A stretch of 64,000 nucleotides of DNA from Octopus vulgaris (Eukaryota), in assembly GCA_951406725.2 (NCBI GenBank), contig OX597826.1:29574001-29638000 (forward strand). The letters are read 5' to 3'. A program made the position numbers and the translations under genes. The stretch's first letter is position 1, and every line of letters begins with the position of its first letter. Below the pieces are notes generated by a model. The model saw only the letters and a list, made by a program, of their open reading frames with translations. It was not told the DNA's origin and searched no databases. Below, piece after piece: positions 1 through 12,144 of the stretch.

Positions 1-4
1 GCTT

Positions 5-2095
5 TTAACGTGCCAGCGGCATGGAGGCAACGGGATCCGGGGTACTTTGGGGATCCGGGGTACTTTGAATGGGTAGGGGGTATGTGGAATTGCTGCAGAA
101 AGCAGCCCGGGTCTTTGCAGTCACAGCATATCTCCAGAGATCTCGGTCCTTCGCCATTGCCTCAGTGAGGCCCAATGCTCTGAGGTCATGCTTGACTACC
201 TCATCCCATGTCTTCCTGGGTCTACCTCTCCCCCTGATACCTTCAACTGTTTGGGAGTGGCACTTCTTCACACATCTCTCTTCATCCATCCGCAGCACAT
301 GACCATACCATCGCAAGCGTCGCTCTTGCACACCACATCTGATGCTTCTTATATCCAGCATTTCTCTCAGGATGCTTACACTCTGTCTTGCGTGCACACT
401 GACACTACACATCCAGCGGATCATGCTAGCTTCATTTCTTTCAAGTCTACGCATGTCCTCTGCAGTCACAGCCCATGTTTCATTACCGTGAAGCATGGCA
501 GTTCGCACACATGCATCATACAATCTACCTTTCGCTCTGAGGGAGAGACCTTTTGTTGCCAGTAGGGGTAGGAGCTTTCTGAACTTTGCCCAGGCTATTC
601 GTATTCTAGTGGTGATACTCTCTGTGCATCCACCTCCGCTACTAACTTGGTCACCCAGGTAGCGGAAACTATCAACTACTTCTAGTTTCTCTCCCTGGAG
701 TGTGATGGAATCTGTTTTCTGAGTGTCTGTTGTGTCTATTGTCCCTGTGCATCTGCCGCACATGAAAGCTATCTTATCTGTTAATTTCCCTTTAATGTTG
801 CTGCACCTCTTATGTGTCCATAGCTTACATTGGGTGCATCTTATGGAGTTTCTACCTGTACCTTTCCTACAGATTGAGCAGGGCCACCTACCCGAGGGGG
901 TGTGTGCTGAGTACCTCTTGCTGCTTACTAATACTTTGGTCTTTGCTACATTTATTCTAAGGCCCTTTGATTCCAACCCTTGCTTCCACACCCGAAATTT
1001 CTCTTCTAGTTCCGGTAGTGATTCTGCTATGAGAGCTAGGTCATCGGCATAGAGGAGCTCCCAGGGGCATCCCGTTTTGAATTCCTCTGTTATTGCCTGA
1101 AGGACTATGATGAATAAAAGGGGACTGAGGGCTGAGCCCTGGTGCACACCTACTTCTACCCGGAATTCTTCACTATATTCGTTGCCAATCCTAACCTTGC
1201 TGACAGCCTCTCTGTATAGAGCCTGTACAGCCCTTATTAGCCATTCTTCAATCTCCAGTTTCCGCATCGACCACCAGATAAGGGAACGGGGAACCCTGTC
1301 AAAGGCTTTCTCCAAGTCTACAAAAGCTATGTAGAGGGGTTTATCTTTAGCTAGGTACTTCTCCTGCAGTTGTCGGACCAGGAATATAGCATCAGTGGTG
1401 CTTCTACCTGGTACAAAACCGAACTGCATTTCATCTAAACAAATTCTCTCCCTAATGAGATGGGTTATGACCTTCTCTGAGACCTTCATCACCTGGTCCA
1501 ACAGTTTGATACCTCTGTAGTTATTTCTATCTAGAGCATCACCCTTACCCTTGTAGCAGTTGACTATGGTGCTGCTGCACCAGTCATTGGGTATGACTCC
1601 ATTGTGAACTACCTGGTTTACAATGCGGGTGACTATGTCATAGCCCACATAGCCAGCTGTTTTAAGCATCTCAGCAGTGATTCCTGATAGGCCAGGGGCT
1701 TTACCTGGTTTCATATCCTTAATTGCCTTATCTACAAGGGAGCTGTCTATTCGGGTAGCTGGTCCCTCTACTGGGTCAACATTTGGCAGGCTCTCCTCCT
1801 CCCATTCATTCTCCTCATTCAGCAGTCTTTCATAATGGCTTCTCCAAGCCTCTTTCTTTTCACTAGCAGTAAAAGCAAGTGCCCCATCATCCATGCGGAC
1901 ACATTTCTCTCCTATAACATCACTATTTTCTCTGACACACTGTCTGGCGATCCGAAATACTTCAGCTCTTTGATCCTCGCGTCGCTGGACATTGGCAAAC
2001 TTCTTCTTTTCTGCTACATCTTTGGCTATGTATACCTGCTGCCCAGCCTCCCTTTTGGCTATCTGGTACAGTTCCCTGCTTCCCCCATCCTTCAC
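5..2095 (-). pseudogene. RTE ORF, 3' part: reverse transcriptase, PHD-type zinc finger and C-terminal domain
   Basis: Motifs NNYRGIKLL, QFGFVPGRST, FVDLEKAFDRV, GVHQGSALSPLLF, LLYADD, FRYLG, RRLRWYGHV, RGRPRKTW; C4HC3 cluster at 749-880. Confidence 0.95.
32..67. repeat. 18-bp tandem duplication at the RTE ORF end (encodes QSTPDP twice)
   Basis: GGGATCCGGGGTACTTTG x2. Confidence 0.9.
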
Positions 2096-3218
2096 AGGCT
2101 TTATCTACTGCACTATTCCACCACCACGTAATTCTAGGTCTGGAAGGGACTTTGCACCATCCACAGACTCGGTCTGTGGCACTCAGCAAGCTGTCCCGTA
2201 GGAATTCCCAGCTACCTTCTATGTCTGACGTCTGAAGCTCCTCCTCCCTCTCATCAAATTTCTTGATGAGTATGTCCCTAAATTTCTGATCATGTGAAGG
2301 GTTCTTTAGCCTCCAAATCCTTCTTTTCTGGATTGGTTTGTTTCTTGGAGTCCTTCTGGCCTCAAGCTTAAAGTCACTGATGATTAGTCTATGCTGAGGG
2401 ATACATTCTTCACCCGGGAGGGTCTTTGTATTCAAGAGCAACCCTGCATCCCGCTGTCTGGTGAGGATGAAGTCTATTTGGCTAGCGGAGTCTCCTGACT
2501 GATAAGTTATAAGGTGGCAGACTGGCTTCTTGAAGTTAGTGTTGCAGATTGAAAGGTTACATGCATCACAGAATTCCAGCAGTCTAGTTCCCTCATCATT
2601 TCTGGTGCCAATACCATGGCCACCATGTACCCCAGTGAAGATACCCGATTCCTGCCCAACATGCCCATTAAAATCTCCACCTACAAAGATGAGGTCCTTG
2701 CTACTAGTCTTTGAAGTAGCCTGCAGAAGGGTATCATAAAAGTTGTCCTTCTGATCATTTGGTAGTCCCGCTTGTGGGGCATAGGCGGAGATAATCATAG
2801 CTGTGCCACTCAGTAGGACCAACCTGAGCTTAAGCACTCTATCGCAAACCCTGACAACCTCTATGACCTTATCCACCCATTTCTCCGCAAGGAGAATGCC
2901 TACACCCCCTACACCTTCCACGTTACCTTGCCAGAAGAGTTTGTACCTAAGTGCCTTGCCCGTGAGGACCCTAGCTGAAGCACCTCTCCATCTTACCTCT
3001 TGTATGCAGCATACATCAACCTGTCTTCTCTCTAGCATCTCTACAATCTCACTAGACTTGCCTGTCAATGTACCAACATTGATAGTGCCAACTCTGAAAA
3101 CTGGGAAGGAGATGTGGGGGGGAGCAGGGGATTCAGCGCCTGAGAAGAGGAGGGTTGTTGTGGTGGTGATAGTTTTCGTGGCATTTTTCTTTTGATCTCT
3201 CTTCCGACCTGACCACAC
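1962..3218 (-). pseudogene. RTE ORF, 5' part: apurinic-like endonuclease domain
   Basis: Motifs GTINVGTL, CCIQEVRW, ISAYAPQ, GGDFNGHVG, SQIDFIL, PQHRL and WWWN; the frame breaks after AVDKA (~2095). Confidence 0.93.
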
Positions 3219-4059
3219 CGTGGGCAGGAGCTGGTGTTAGCAGTGGTCATTCGTTATCGTCACTGAGTAACGTAATTAGGTAGCGTAGTAAGGAGGAAAA
3301 ATACAGATATTCTAGAGTTGAGTTGGGGGGTCCAGCTGAGAAAGGTTTCACCAGTGAAAAGAGAGGGAGAGATAGTGGAGGGGTGCGGGTAATATAGGGG
3401 AGCACCAGTGGGGAAGGTTGGGGTAAGGAGGAACGATGGCAGGAAGGGTTGGTGCAGGTTCGTAAGAAATATAAACGTAGGATATTACGAGGCAGGGGAG
3501 GGGATTGGAAGGAGATAGTCGGATTGAGGCAGTGTCAGATTCAAAACAGGAGGAAGCGTAAGATCAGTGGGCGGTTGATGAGCTGTGGCGCTAGCAGCTT
3601 GTCTTTTCACAGTGAAAGCATATGAGGAGAAGGGGTAGGAATGGGTGGTGGGGGAGGAGGAGGGAGGAGGGCGTATCCGGTGTAGATGGTGAGAACAGTG
3701 TTCACCGGTATTGATGGTGGGGGTGGTGGGAAGGCGGGCGCAACGCCGATGGCGGAAAGATGGAATTAAGGATTGAAGGTAGCCTTAAAGGCTAAATTTC
3801 GTAGAGAGAGATAGGAAAGACAAATCAAGTTATTGTACAAGTTGAGACATTTAACAGTGGCAACGTATGAATGTATGTTGTAACAGCGAATGAATGTATG
3901 TTGTGCGATGTACGGAAAAATAATAAGATAAATCTTTAAACTTGCTGTGGGTATCGACCGGAAGTTGAGTTGAAGAAGATATATGTATATATATATATGT
4001 ATGTATATATATCATCATCATTGTTTAACGTCCGCTTTATATGTATATATGCATACATC

Positions 4060-4320
4060 TGTGCTGGTGGCACATAAAAAGCACCATCTGAACGTGGCCG
4101 ATGCCAGCGCCTACTCAACTGGCTCCTGGGCCGGTGGCATGTAAAAAGCACCCACTACACTCGCGGAGTGGTTGGCGTTAGGAAGGGCATCCAGCTGTAG
4201 AACCACTGCCAGATCAGACTGGAGCCTGGTGCAGCCTCCTGGCTTCCCAGACCCAGGTCGAACCGTTCAACCCATGCTAGCGCGGAAAACGGACGTTAAA
4301 CGATGGTGATAATGATTATC
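4060..4320 (+). mobile_element. 5'-truncated RTE 3' end (SINE-like) with (GAT)n tail
   Basis: AAAAGCACCCACTACAC...GGTTGGCGTTAGGAAGGGCATCCAGCTGTAG...GACGTTAAACGATG; the same block recurs more than 10 times in the window. Confidence 0.85.
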
Positions 4321-4439
4321 ATCAGTACTCTTTTACTCATTTTAGCCATATGGCTGTGGACATGCTGGAGCACCATCATGGCAGTTCATATATTCGAAAG
4401 AGAACCACACTTTAAAACATTAGAGGAGTAATATATTTG

Positions 4440-4620
4440 TTAGGAAGTTGAAAGTAATGGCTGGTCATAGAGTGACCATTGGTTTTTGCACCTAAAAAGT
4501 GGTCAGTAGCATAGGTGACTCATCACATGCAAATGGCTGAAGGTACATAACCTCTCTCATCAGCCATTTGAGTTTGACAAATGGTCACTCTATGACTGAC
4601 CATAACAATTAACTTCCTAA
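4440..4620. mobile_element. Fold-back, MITE-like palindrome
   Basis: TTAGGAAGTT..GTCATAGAGTGACCATT is mirrored by AATGGTCACTCTATGAC..AACTTCCTAA; inner arms AAATGGCTGA / TCAGCCATTT. Confidence 0.65.
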
Positions 4621-4631
4621 TATACATTCTT

Positions 4632-5005
4632 CTCTTTTACTTGTTTCAGTCATTTGACTGTGGCTATGCTGGAGCACAGCCTTTAATCAAGCAAATCGAC
4701 CCCAGGACTTAATCTTTGTAAGCTTAGTACTTATTCTATCAGACTCTTTTGCTGAACCGCTAAGTTACGGGGACGTAAACACACCAGCATCGGTTATCAA
4801 GCGATGTTGGGGGAGGACAAACATATACACACACACACACATATATATACATATATATACAGTTTCCGTCTACCAGATCTACCCACAAGGCTTTGGTCGG
4901 CCTGAGGCTATGGTAGAAGACACTTGCCCAAGGTGCCACGCAGTGGGACTGAACTCGGAACCATGTGGTTGGTAAGCAAGCTACTTACCACACAACCACT
5001 CCTAC
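4632..5005 (-). mobile_element. tRNA-derived SINE type A (tail shared with the CR1/L2-group LINE)
   Basis: Reverse complement of the 28802-29203 copy. Confidence 0.85.
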
Positions 5006-5169
5006 GGTGACGATTTATATGTAAATACATATATATTCAATATACATACTACTAGCTACTAAATTATTTCTCAAGACATGTTTATATATGTATGTCTCTG
5101 TCTGTCTTTCTCTGTACATACATAAATACATGCATGCACACACATATATATTTGTGTGAGTACCTGTTG

Positions 5170-5405
5170 CTTCGAAGACCGAATTTCCTAACGGACCAAC
5201 AATAAATGTACAGTCTACACGTGGAAAGAACAAGAGGAGAAGAAGGAGGAGGAGGCGTGATTGCGGAGGAAAACGCCGAGCTGAACGCATCCACATCACC
5301 ATCACAACCATCAACAACAACAACAAAATAAATAGCACAAATTCATAAAAATAGATATCAAAAACCGAAACAAAAAGAAAAGCAGGGGAAGTCCACTGCG
5401 TCAAA
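5170..5405 (+). other. Putative non-coding 5' exon / promoter-proximal region of a host gene (start approximate)
   Basis: Non-repetitive, relatively CpG-rich stretch ending at a consensus-like donor AA|GTGAGT at 5406. Confidence 0.4.
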
Positions 5406-5849
5406 GTGAGTCGTGTTGAAAGTTACAACAGCATGCTTGTCAAGGGCCGTAACTCTGAACAACTAATAATGTACATTAAATGTTATGTCTTATAAATATC
5501 ATTGTGGTATATAAATATATATATTTATCTTGCTGACAGTTGTTGTTTTCCACTGCCAGATATAAATATACATGTATAGGTACATATAGATGGATGTCTA
5601 AATACACCGAAAGTTGCTTATCTCGCTTTTCGAAAAGTTAAAACTGTTTATTTTTTTCATTATTATTATCCGTCCCCCTTCTATTAATCACTTTGAAACA
5701 AACACCTTGGTAAATAATATATTTGTGGACAGTTACATTGGCTCATAATACATAGTTATTATGTGTTATTTGTTACCGTTGGTATCATTAGTATCTACTG
5801 GTATTATTATTTTAGCTGTTTACGTTTTACTGTCATCAAAAACAACGTC

Positions 5850-6020
5850 ATGGATTCTACTTATTCTACCGATAATTGCCTCACAAACGACAACCAATTT
5901 GAAATACCTTCTTCATTGCCTGATATGCCAACAAAAGTACCAGCTACCAATACTACAGACAGCGATTCCGATTTGCAGTATGAAGACTGCCAAGCTTTCC
6001 TTTTGCCATCGGCATTTGTG
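5850..6020 (+). CDS. Putative first coding exon of an unidentified host gene (MDSTYSTDNC...QAFLLPSAFV); exon probably starts at 5816
   Basis: T-rich acceptor TTTTAG| at 5815; ATG at 5850 in AACGTCATGG; 57 open codons; donor GTG|GTAATA at 6021 (phase 0). Confidence 0.6.
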
Positions 6021-6575
6021 GTAATATATATATAGATATATACATGTTTTTTGGTTCATACCTTTATATGGGTTGCTGTTTGTTTGTTTGTAAATTCCTT
6101 GTTCCCGTTCATTATAAGCGTGCTTTTGGTACGTACAATGCATGTTGTTATGAGTTGCATTACAATTTCTGTTTTCCTCTTCGTGTGTTTAACTTTTTAA
6201 ACTTGTAATAAGTTGCATATATTATTTACACACACACACACACACGCTTACATACACACATTATATGTGTATATATAGCCACCACTTGTGTGTGAAATAT
6301 CTATCGTACATGAACGGCTAAGATTTTCATATAATTGGTAATAAATATTATATAGACTAAAGCACTTATTCATGGGTGAATACAATGCTTAATATACACA
6401 CATGCACGATATATATGTATGTTTATTTAAAAATTAGGCTGTAAAAAGCTATGTTGTATACATAGCTTAGTTATTTCTTTAAACATTATCTTTATTTCAA
6501 AGCTGTTAATTTAACCCGTGCAAGAATATTTCCAAAATATCTAACGTTTTTATTTTTCGTCTCTCATACCCAAAG

Positions 6576-6627
6576 GTACCACAGATAAGTTTGCAAGACT
6601 CAGTATCTTACGAGAGTACATTGCCAG
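6576..6627 (+). CDS. Putative second coding exon (VPQISLQDSVSYESTLP+G), ends in phase 1
   Basis: Polypyrimidine tract plus AAAG| acceptor; strong donor CAG|GTAAGG; continues the previous exon in frame without a stop. Confidence 0.6.
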
Positions 6628-8045
6628 GTAAGGAATTTCTCATACTACCCTCGTCTCCACTAAAATTAATTCCCTCTCGACATCCTTCGCTTTCTCAGCA
6701 ACAACTTGTAAACATCATTCAACCTTCACCTCTGATGTTTGTTTATTTGAAATCCCGCCGAGGTCAACTCTTAACTTTCATTCCTTCAGGGTCAATAAAA
6801 TAAAGTAGCAGTCAAGTACTGATCCTTTGCCCTCGGAAGTGCTGGCCTTATGTCTAAATCATAAACAAGACAGAATAGTTTTATTATATACGATTGAGGT
6901 TTCAAATATTTTTCTCTGCATCCTTCCTTCCTTTCGTTGTCTGTCAAGCTGTCTCTCTCTTTCTCGGCTCCTTGCCAGCTTTCTGTTTCTCTCTCTTTTT
7001 CTCACCCTCACCGCACTCATACATGCACATGCACAAACGTGCGTACAAGCTTGCACGCACGTGTGTTCATACCGAAGCGTCAGGCACTCGTATCTCAGGT
7101 GTCACATTGCAACAACCAAGGTTCACATTGCGCTAGACTTTACCGTATGCGTATGTTTGTATGCAAAATTCTCCCGTGGGATATTTTCCCTTCATTCCTA
7201 TTATTAAAAACTTGTATACGTGTACGCACAATGTATTTTGAGTAGAGCTTTTAGTTTGCTTATCGATATTTTTTATGCCATTAGGACGGTGGTTTGGCAG
7301 AAAAACGGTAGAGCGTCGTACAAAGTGCCTCGTATTATTTAGCTAGATGCTTACATATTCTGAGTTCAAAGCCTTTCGTTCTTGTGGATAGAATTTTAGA
7401 ACAGCATAAAGTATGGTGTCCTGAAGACCCGTACCTCATGCAGAGAAAAGGGTACGGGAGTAGAGGCAAAATGTTCGACAATTTCAAATTTTTGAAAACG
7501 AATTTTTGTTATGAATTGATAATTTTTTAAAGTTGCCACTTTTAAATCATGAGTTTGTAAACAATTACCATGCATTAAAAATACGACATAGCCGATAATT
7601 CTGCAGTGCAATAAAGAAAAAGAGAACAGAAATAAATAACACTCTTGCTGTTTTTCTATCTGCAACATCTGACAGGTTTGCTACAGTGTCAGGAGGTTCA
7701 AAAGAATTGTTGCAATTTGCAATGATTCAATGAAAAGGAATATATTTTACAAAAGATAAAAAAAACATGCAACACTGAGTGCCTCAATTGGTTGCACACC
7801 ACAGGATTCAATGGAACTTACAGAAGCAAACCAACATGCCTGCTGCACAGGTGATGGTGAGGCTAAGGCATTGGAAAAGCCAAGCACCCTTGCGGACATC
7901 ACCTGCCATTTTGGTAGGGCAAGCTACTAATGATGACAAGAACTTTGCTGTTAGTGGTCTAACACCTCCAAATGCCCCAAGCTGGAAAAGATAATCCACT
8001 AGAATCCCAATTCCAGTTGTAGAAAACAGAAGAATACTAAAAATG

Positions 8046-8258
8046 AACCCTTTACCAGTCAGATTCCTGTGACATTTGATATTTATTTATTCACATTATT
8101 TTGAATTGATTATGCATCATCTTGTAGCTTTCAGATTTCAATGATGGGATTGTATATTTTTAGAATGACATTGTAGGGTAGGTGTGAGAGGTCCGCTTGG
8201 ACATAAACCAGGTAGAATATTTGGGCTGGAAACGGCCAGTTTAAATGCTAAAGAGTTA
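8046..8258 (+). mobile_element. piggyBac-like MITE, family 1; further copies at ~8918-9145, ~16490-16710, ~53058-53272 and ~54850-55360 (minus, interrupted)
   Basis: Consensus termini (TTAA)CCCTTTAGCATT...AATGCTAAAGGG(TTAA) seen across copies; shared internal GTAGGTGTGAGAGG. Confidence 0.75.
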
Positions 8259-9439
8259 AAGAACAAACTACTTTTTCTTTTCCTTTGAGGTCTGGGGCTT
8301 TGAGGCACATCTATTCCAGACCATTTTGGATACTGTAGTTGATTTGGTTGGCTCTATCCAGTGACTCCCCAATTCACCACTCCATTTGAATCTCTTGCTA
8401 CTGTAATGACCTCTGCTTCTTGGAGAAATCTGGACTGATATCACCTCCATTCAAGCACTCCTGATCCCATGTCATCCCCTGATCTCATCTCCCCTTCTGT
8501 CATTACCCTTCTTGTGTCCAGCCCCCTTTCTCCTGGTCTTGAACCCACCAGTATACTGAGTTCTTCCTCTCCTGTCCTGAGCATCAGCCCCTCTGTTCAT
8601 GTCATTCCCACAGATGTTGACTTGCAATGGCTCACAAGGAACGTTATCCAAATCAATCCCACTGGTCTTGGAGGAATTCGAGACCCCCCCCCCCAAAAAA
8701 AAAAGTAAATCACTCAAAATGAACCATTTCTCATGCCATTCTCGTGAATGTTTCATGGATTGCTGTGGTGATATTTCTAAATGTGTTTACCTTTTATTCC
8801 CCTCCTCTTGCCTGACTCAAAAGGGATATTTTAGGGTCTATAACTCTGTGTCTTAAAATATTTACAGGGCAAGAAGAAATCCCCTCAAGTCAATCTTGAC
8901 TGAGTGGACTTATGATTTACCCTTTAGCATTGAGATTACTCTGTCAAATGCAATTCTTATCTATTCATATTGTTTTGAATTAATCATAAATTATCTCATA
9001 CCTTTGAAATTTCAATGATGTGATTCTTTATTTTTAGAATGGCATTGTAGGATAGGTATGATAGGCCAGACCTAGCTAGTTTCAACATAAAACAGGTAGA
9101 ATATTTGGATCAGATGGGGGTCGGTTTAAATGCTAAACGGTCAAAGGTTTCTGTAACCATGCCAAACTAAGTAAAACCGCTGTCTTCTACTCATACAGGC
9201 TTGTCCTTTCAGGTGCAGGTGCCACTTAAAAAGCACCCTTACTGGTGCTCCATTAGTGCACCTGTACTGGTGCTGTGTAAACACACCCGTGCTGGTGGCA
9301 TGGAGAAAGCACCCAACACACATTTTGTTAAGTGGTTGGCATTAGGAAGAGCCATGCCATAGATACCATGCCACAACAGCTGGAGTCTAGACAGCTCCAT
9401 GTCAAACCGTCCAACCCATATCAGCATGAAAAGTGGATG

Positions 9440-9661
9440 TTAACCCTTTCGTTACCAACCTGGCTGAAACCGGCTCTGAGTATAAATTTCTTGTTTTCAT
9501 AAGTTTTGAATTAAAATCTTCCACCAAACTTTGTCACAATTTATGCTCCTAACACTAGCTGAATGGTAACTAAATTATTTTACTAAATTCTTTGTTATAT
9601 TTAAAGTAATTGAAAGAAACACAGAGCATCTCAAAATAAATACAGTAATGAAAAGGGTTAA
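9440..9661 (+). mobile_element. piggyBac-like MITE, family 2; related nested copies at ~60837-61388
   Basis: TTAA-CCCTTTCGTTAC ... GTAATGAAAAGGG-TTAA inverted termini with TTAA flanks. Confidence 0.75.
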
Positions 9662-10212
9662 ATGATGATGATTCTACCTTTTTCCAGGGAACCAAAGACA
9701 ACATTATCCAACATGTCCATCTTTTTGTAGAGTAGGGTATGTTTCGAGGGAGATTAGGGTCCTATTTCTAGCAGTTTTGAACAATCATTTAGGGGCTCTG
9801 ACATTGTCTTGAATGAACACGGTGTTTAGTGCAAGACTTCGATATAGGGCATCATAGTGATGTTAAGAGGATGAGAGATAGGTGAATCTAAAGAATTCCT
9901 CTCAACACATGGCTATGATGCTTCCCCCACTACTTCTGCTCGTGATCAGAGATGCACATATCGTCTGCCACCAAGGGGCATGCTCAACTGGTTAAGGTCA
10001 ACCAACTGACAAGCAAATCTGTGGTATTGAGCAGAATATTTGCTGTTGCCCATCTTTTATACCAAGACAAAAGAATGTACATGATAACACTTCTACTCAG
10101 TTAAGATCAGAAGTATGTTTAGATCATATGGATGTGTGTGTGTGTATAGATGTATGTATGTATGTGTGCATATATGCATGTTTCTATGTATGTTTGTATT
10201 TGTGTGTGTATA

Positions 10213-10845
10213 TCATCATCATCATCGTTTAACGTCTGCTTTCCATGCTGGCATGGGTTGGACGGTTTGACTGAGGACTGGTGAACCAGTTGGCTGCACC
10301 AGGCTCCAGTCTCATCTGGCAGAGTTTCTACAGCTGGATGTCCTTCCTAACGCCAACCACTCCGAGAGTGTATTGGGTGCTTTTATGTGCCACCGGCACT
10401 AGGGCCAGTCAGGTGGTACTGGCAATGGCCACACTCAAATGGTGTTTTTTACATGCCACCTGCACAGGAGCCAGTTCAGCAGCACTGGCAATAACTTTGC
10501 TCAAATATTTGTTCACATGCCACCGGCACAAGTGCCAGTAAGGCGACGCTGGTAACGATCACTCTCGAATGGTGCTTTTTACGTACCACCAGCATGGAAG
10601 CCAGTTAGCTGCTCTGGCAACGATCACGCTTGGATGGTGCTCTTAGCGTTCCACTAGCATGGATGCCAGTCATCGAATTTGATTTTGATTTCGATTTCAC
10701 TTGCCTCAACAGGTCTTCACAAGCAGTGTTTAGTGTCAAATGAAGGAAAGGTATGCATAAGCAGGCAGGTTACACTTCTGTCATAGGCCATGGGTTATGG
10801 TCTCACTTGGCTTGCCGGATCTTCTCAAGCACAGCATATTTCGAT
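10213..10845 (-). mobile_element. RTE 3' end with a tandem array of ~60-bp hairpin units
   Basis: (ATC)n tail at left, four to five GGTGCTTTT / TGCCACC units, and the ORF terminus CTTCTCAAGCACAGCATATT at right. Confidence 0.85.
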
Positions 10846-11212
10846 AGGAAACAGAAGACAGTGGGATAGTCAAAAGGTTAGGAATGGATTTGGTAGACAG
10901 TACCTGAAAGAAGCCCATTGTATAGCTGTTTGTGTGTGTGAGTTCTTTATGTTAACTGGTTTGTAAACAATGGTTTCCTGAGAGTGTCTCATTTGCTTAC
11001 ACTCTACCACGAAAGCATGTCCGGGCTTCTTGACATGTCCTGCAATCAGGGCCAGATTAAGATCCATAGAGACCCTAAATGCTTAAAAGATTTCGGTGCC
11101 CCCATATATATGTAATCCAAAATATAAACAATAATAAGCCATAAAATATATTTTTACTTTTCAAATGAAAGAAAGCTAAAAGTAAGATGGAATATATATA
11201 GATATTTCCACT

Positions 11213-11568
11213 TTATTACCTCCGCCTTATCGAAAGCAGAGGTATTTTTTACAGTCGTGTTTGCTTGTTTGTGGACAATATATCTCAAGAACTGCTGGAT
11301 GGATTCGGATGAAACTTTCAGGGATGTTTGGCCTCTTGACTGGCATGAACTGATTAGATTTTGGGATTGATCCGGTACTGGACAAGGTTTCTGGATTATT
11401 TTTCCTGTTTTTTAACTTAATTTTTGAGAGAGGTTGGATTCATTTTTAGTTTGTGAGAGCAGTCGAATTTATTTCAGATATTCTCATTTTAAAAATCATC
11501 TCCGGCTAATCTTTGAGAGGACGTTGGTGTTGCCTTGGCGGAGGTCTGTGCTCTCTGAGTACTCTTGT
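11213..11568 (+). mobile_element. Non-autonomous Helentron-type (HINE / DINE-1-like) element
   Basis: Sub-terminal inverted repeats ACCTCCGCC ... GGCGGAGGT; 5' hairpin partner GCAGAGGT; internal GTTTG microsatellite; short imperfect 3' hairpin; T-rich flanks. Confidence 0.65.
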
Positions 11569-12144
11569 TTATATTTGGAAAAGTTTTCTCCTACATTTTT
11601 TTCTTTAATTGCAAAATCTTTGATTGGATCCTTACAATGACACCATGAACACTTTGAAATTACATTTCTGATCATACAAGCCACTTTAAATATCATTTTA
11701 GCAAGTTCAAAGTGATTTCTTTTGTGTCGTAAACCACTTACCATTTCTTTGATGTCCCAAGCATGTGTTTATTTTGCTTAATGGTTAATCCAGCACTGGT
11801 CTACAATCTTTAAACAAGAAGTTCATCATCATCGTTTAGCGTCCGTTTTCCATGCTAGCATGGGTTGGACGGTTCTACTGGGGTCTGTGAAGCCAGAAGG
11901 CTTCATCAGGCACAGTCAAATCTGGCAATGTTTCTACGGCTGGATGCCCTTCCTAACGCCAACCACTCCGTGAGTGTAGTGGGTGCTTTTTACGTGCCCT
12001 GTTCTCCACATAAAAACATGTCCAGGTTGTTTGTTGTTCAATAGACTGAGAGATTATTATTTCACTTGGAAACAAGTAGGAGCTGGTGACAAGAAGGAGC
12101 CCTGACAGTGAAAAAAAAAAGCAAACTCACTCTGTTTCAATGTA

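Larger units (their letters stand above)
1..3935 (-). mobile_element. RTE-clade non-LTR retrotransposon, nearly full length; 3' UTR runs off the window, 5' boundary approximate
   Basis: APE endonuclease and RT frames (see below); pyrimidine-rich 5' leader on the minus strand; ORF end runs into the TGCC-NNN-GGCACGT-AAAAGC motif found in the many dispersed RTE 3' ends of this window. Confidence 0.93.

Noticed and set aside
69-3195. Short + strand ORFs overlapping the RTE, and similar antisense ORFs over the other LINEs and SINEs
   Set aside because: Antisense shadows of retroelement coding sequence or chance frames in repeats.
3250-3935. HDV-like ribozyme in the RTE 5' leader, as known for some RTEs
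   Set aside because: No nested double pseudoknot could be identified by eye; a descriptor search is needed.
7400-8030. Coding-like stretch with short ORFs
   Set aside because: Multiple stops in all frames and no recognisable motif; probably an old TE relic that cannot be classified by eye.
10370-10660. CRISPR-like look of conserved units with variable 10-nt inserts
   Set aside because: Eukaryotic context, no cas genes, inserts too short, and the same inserts recur at other RTE copies; this is an RTE 3' UTR array.
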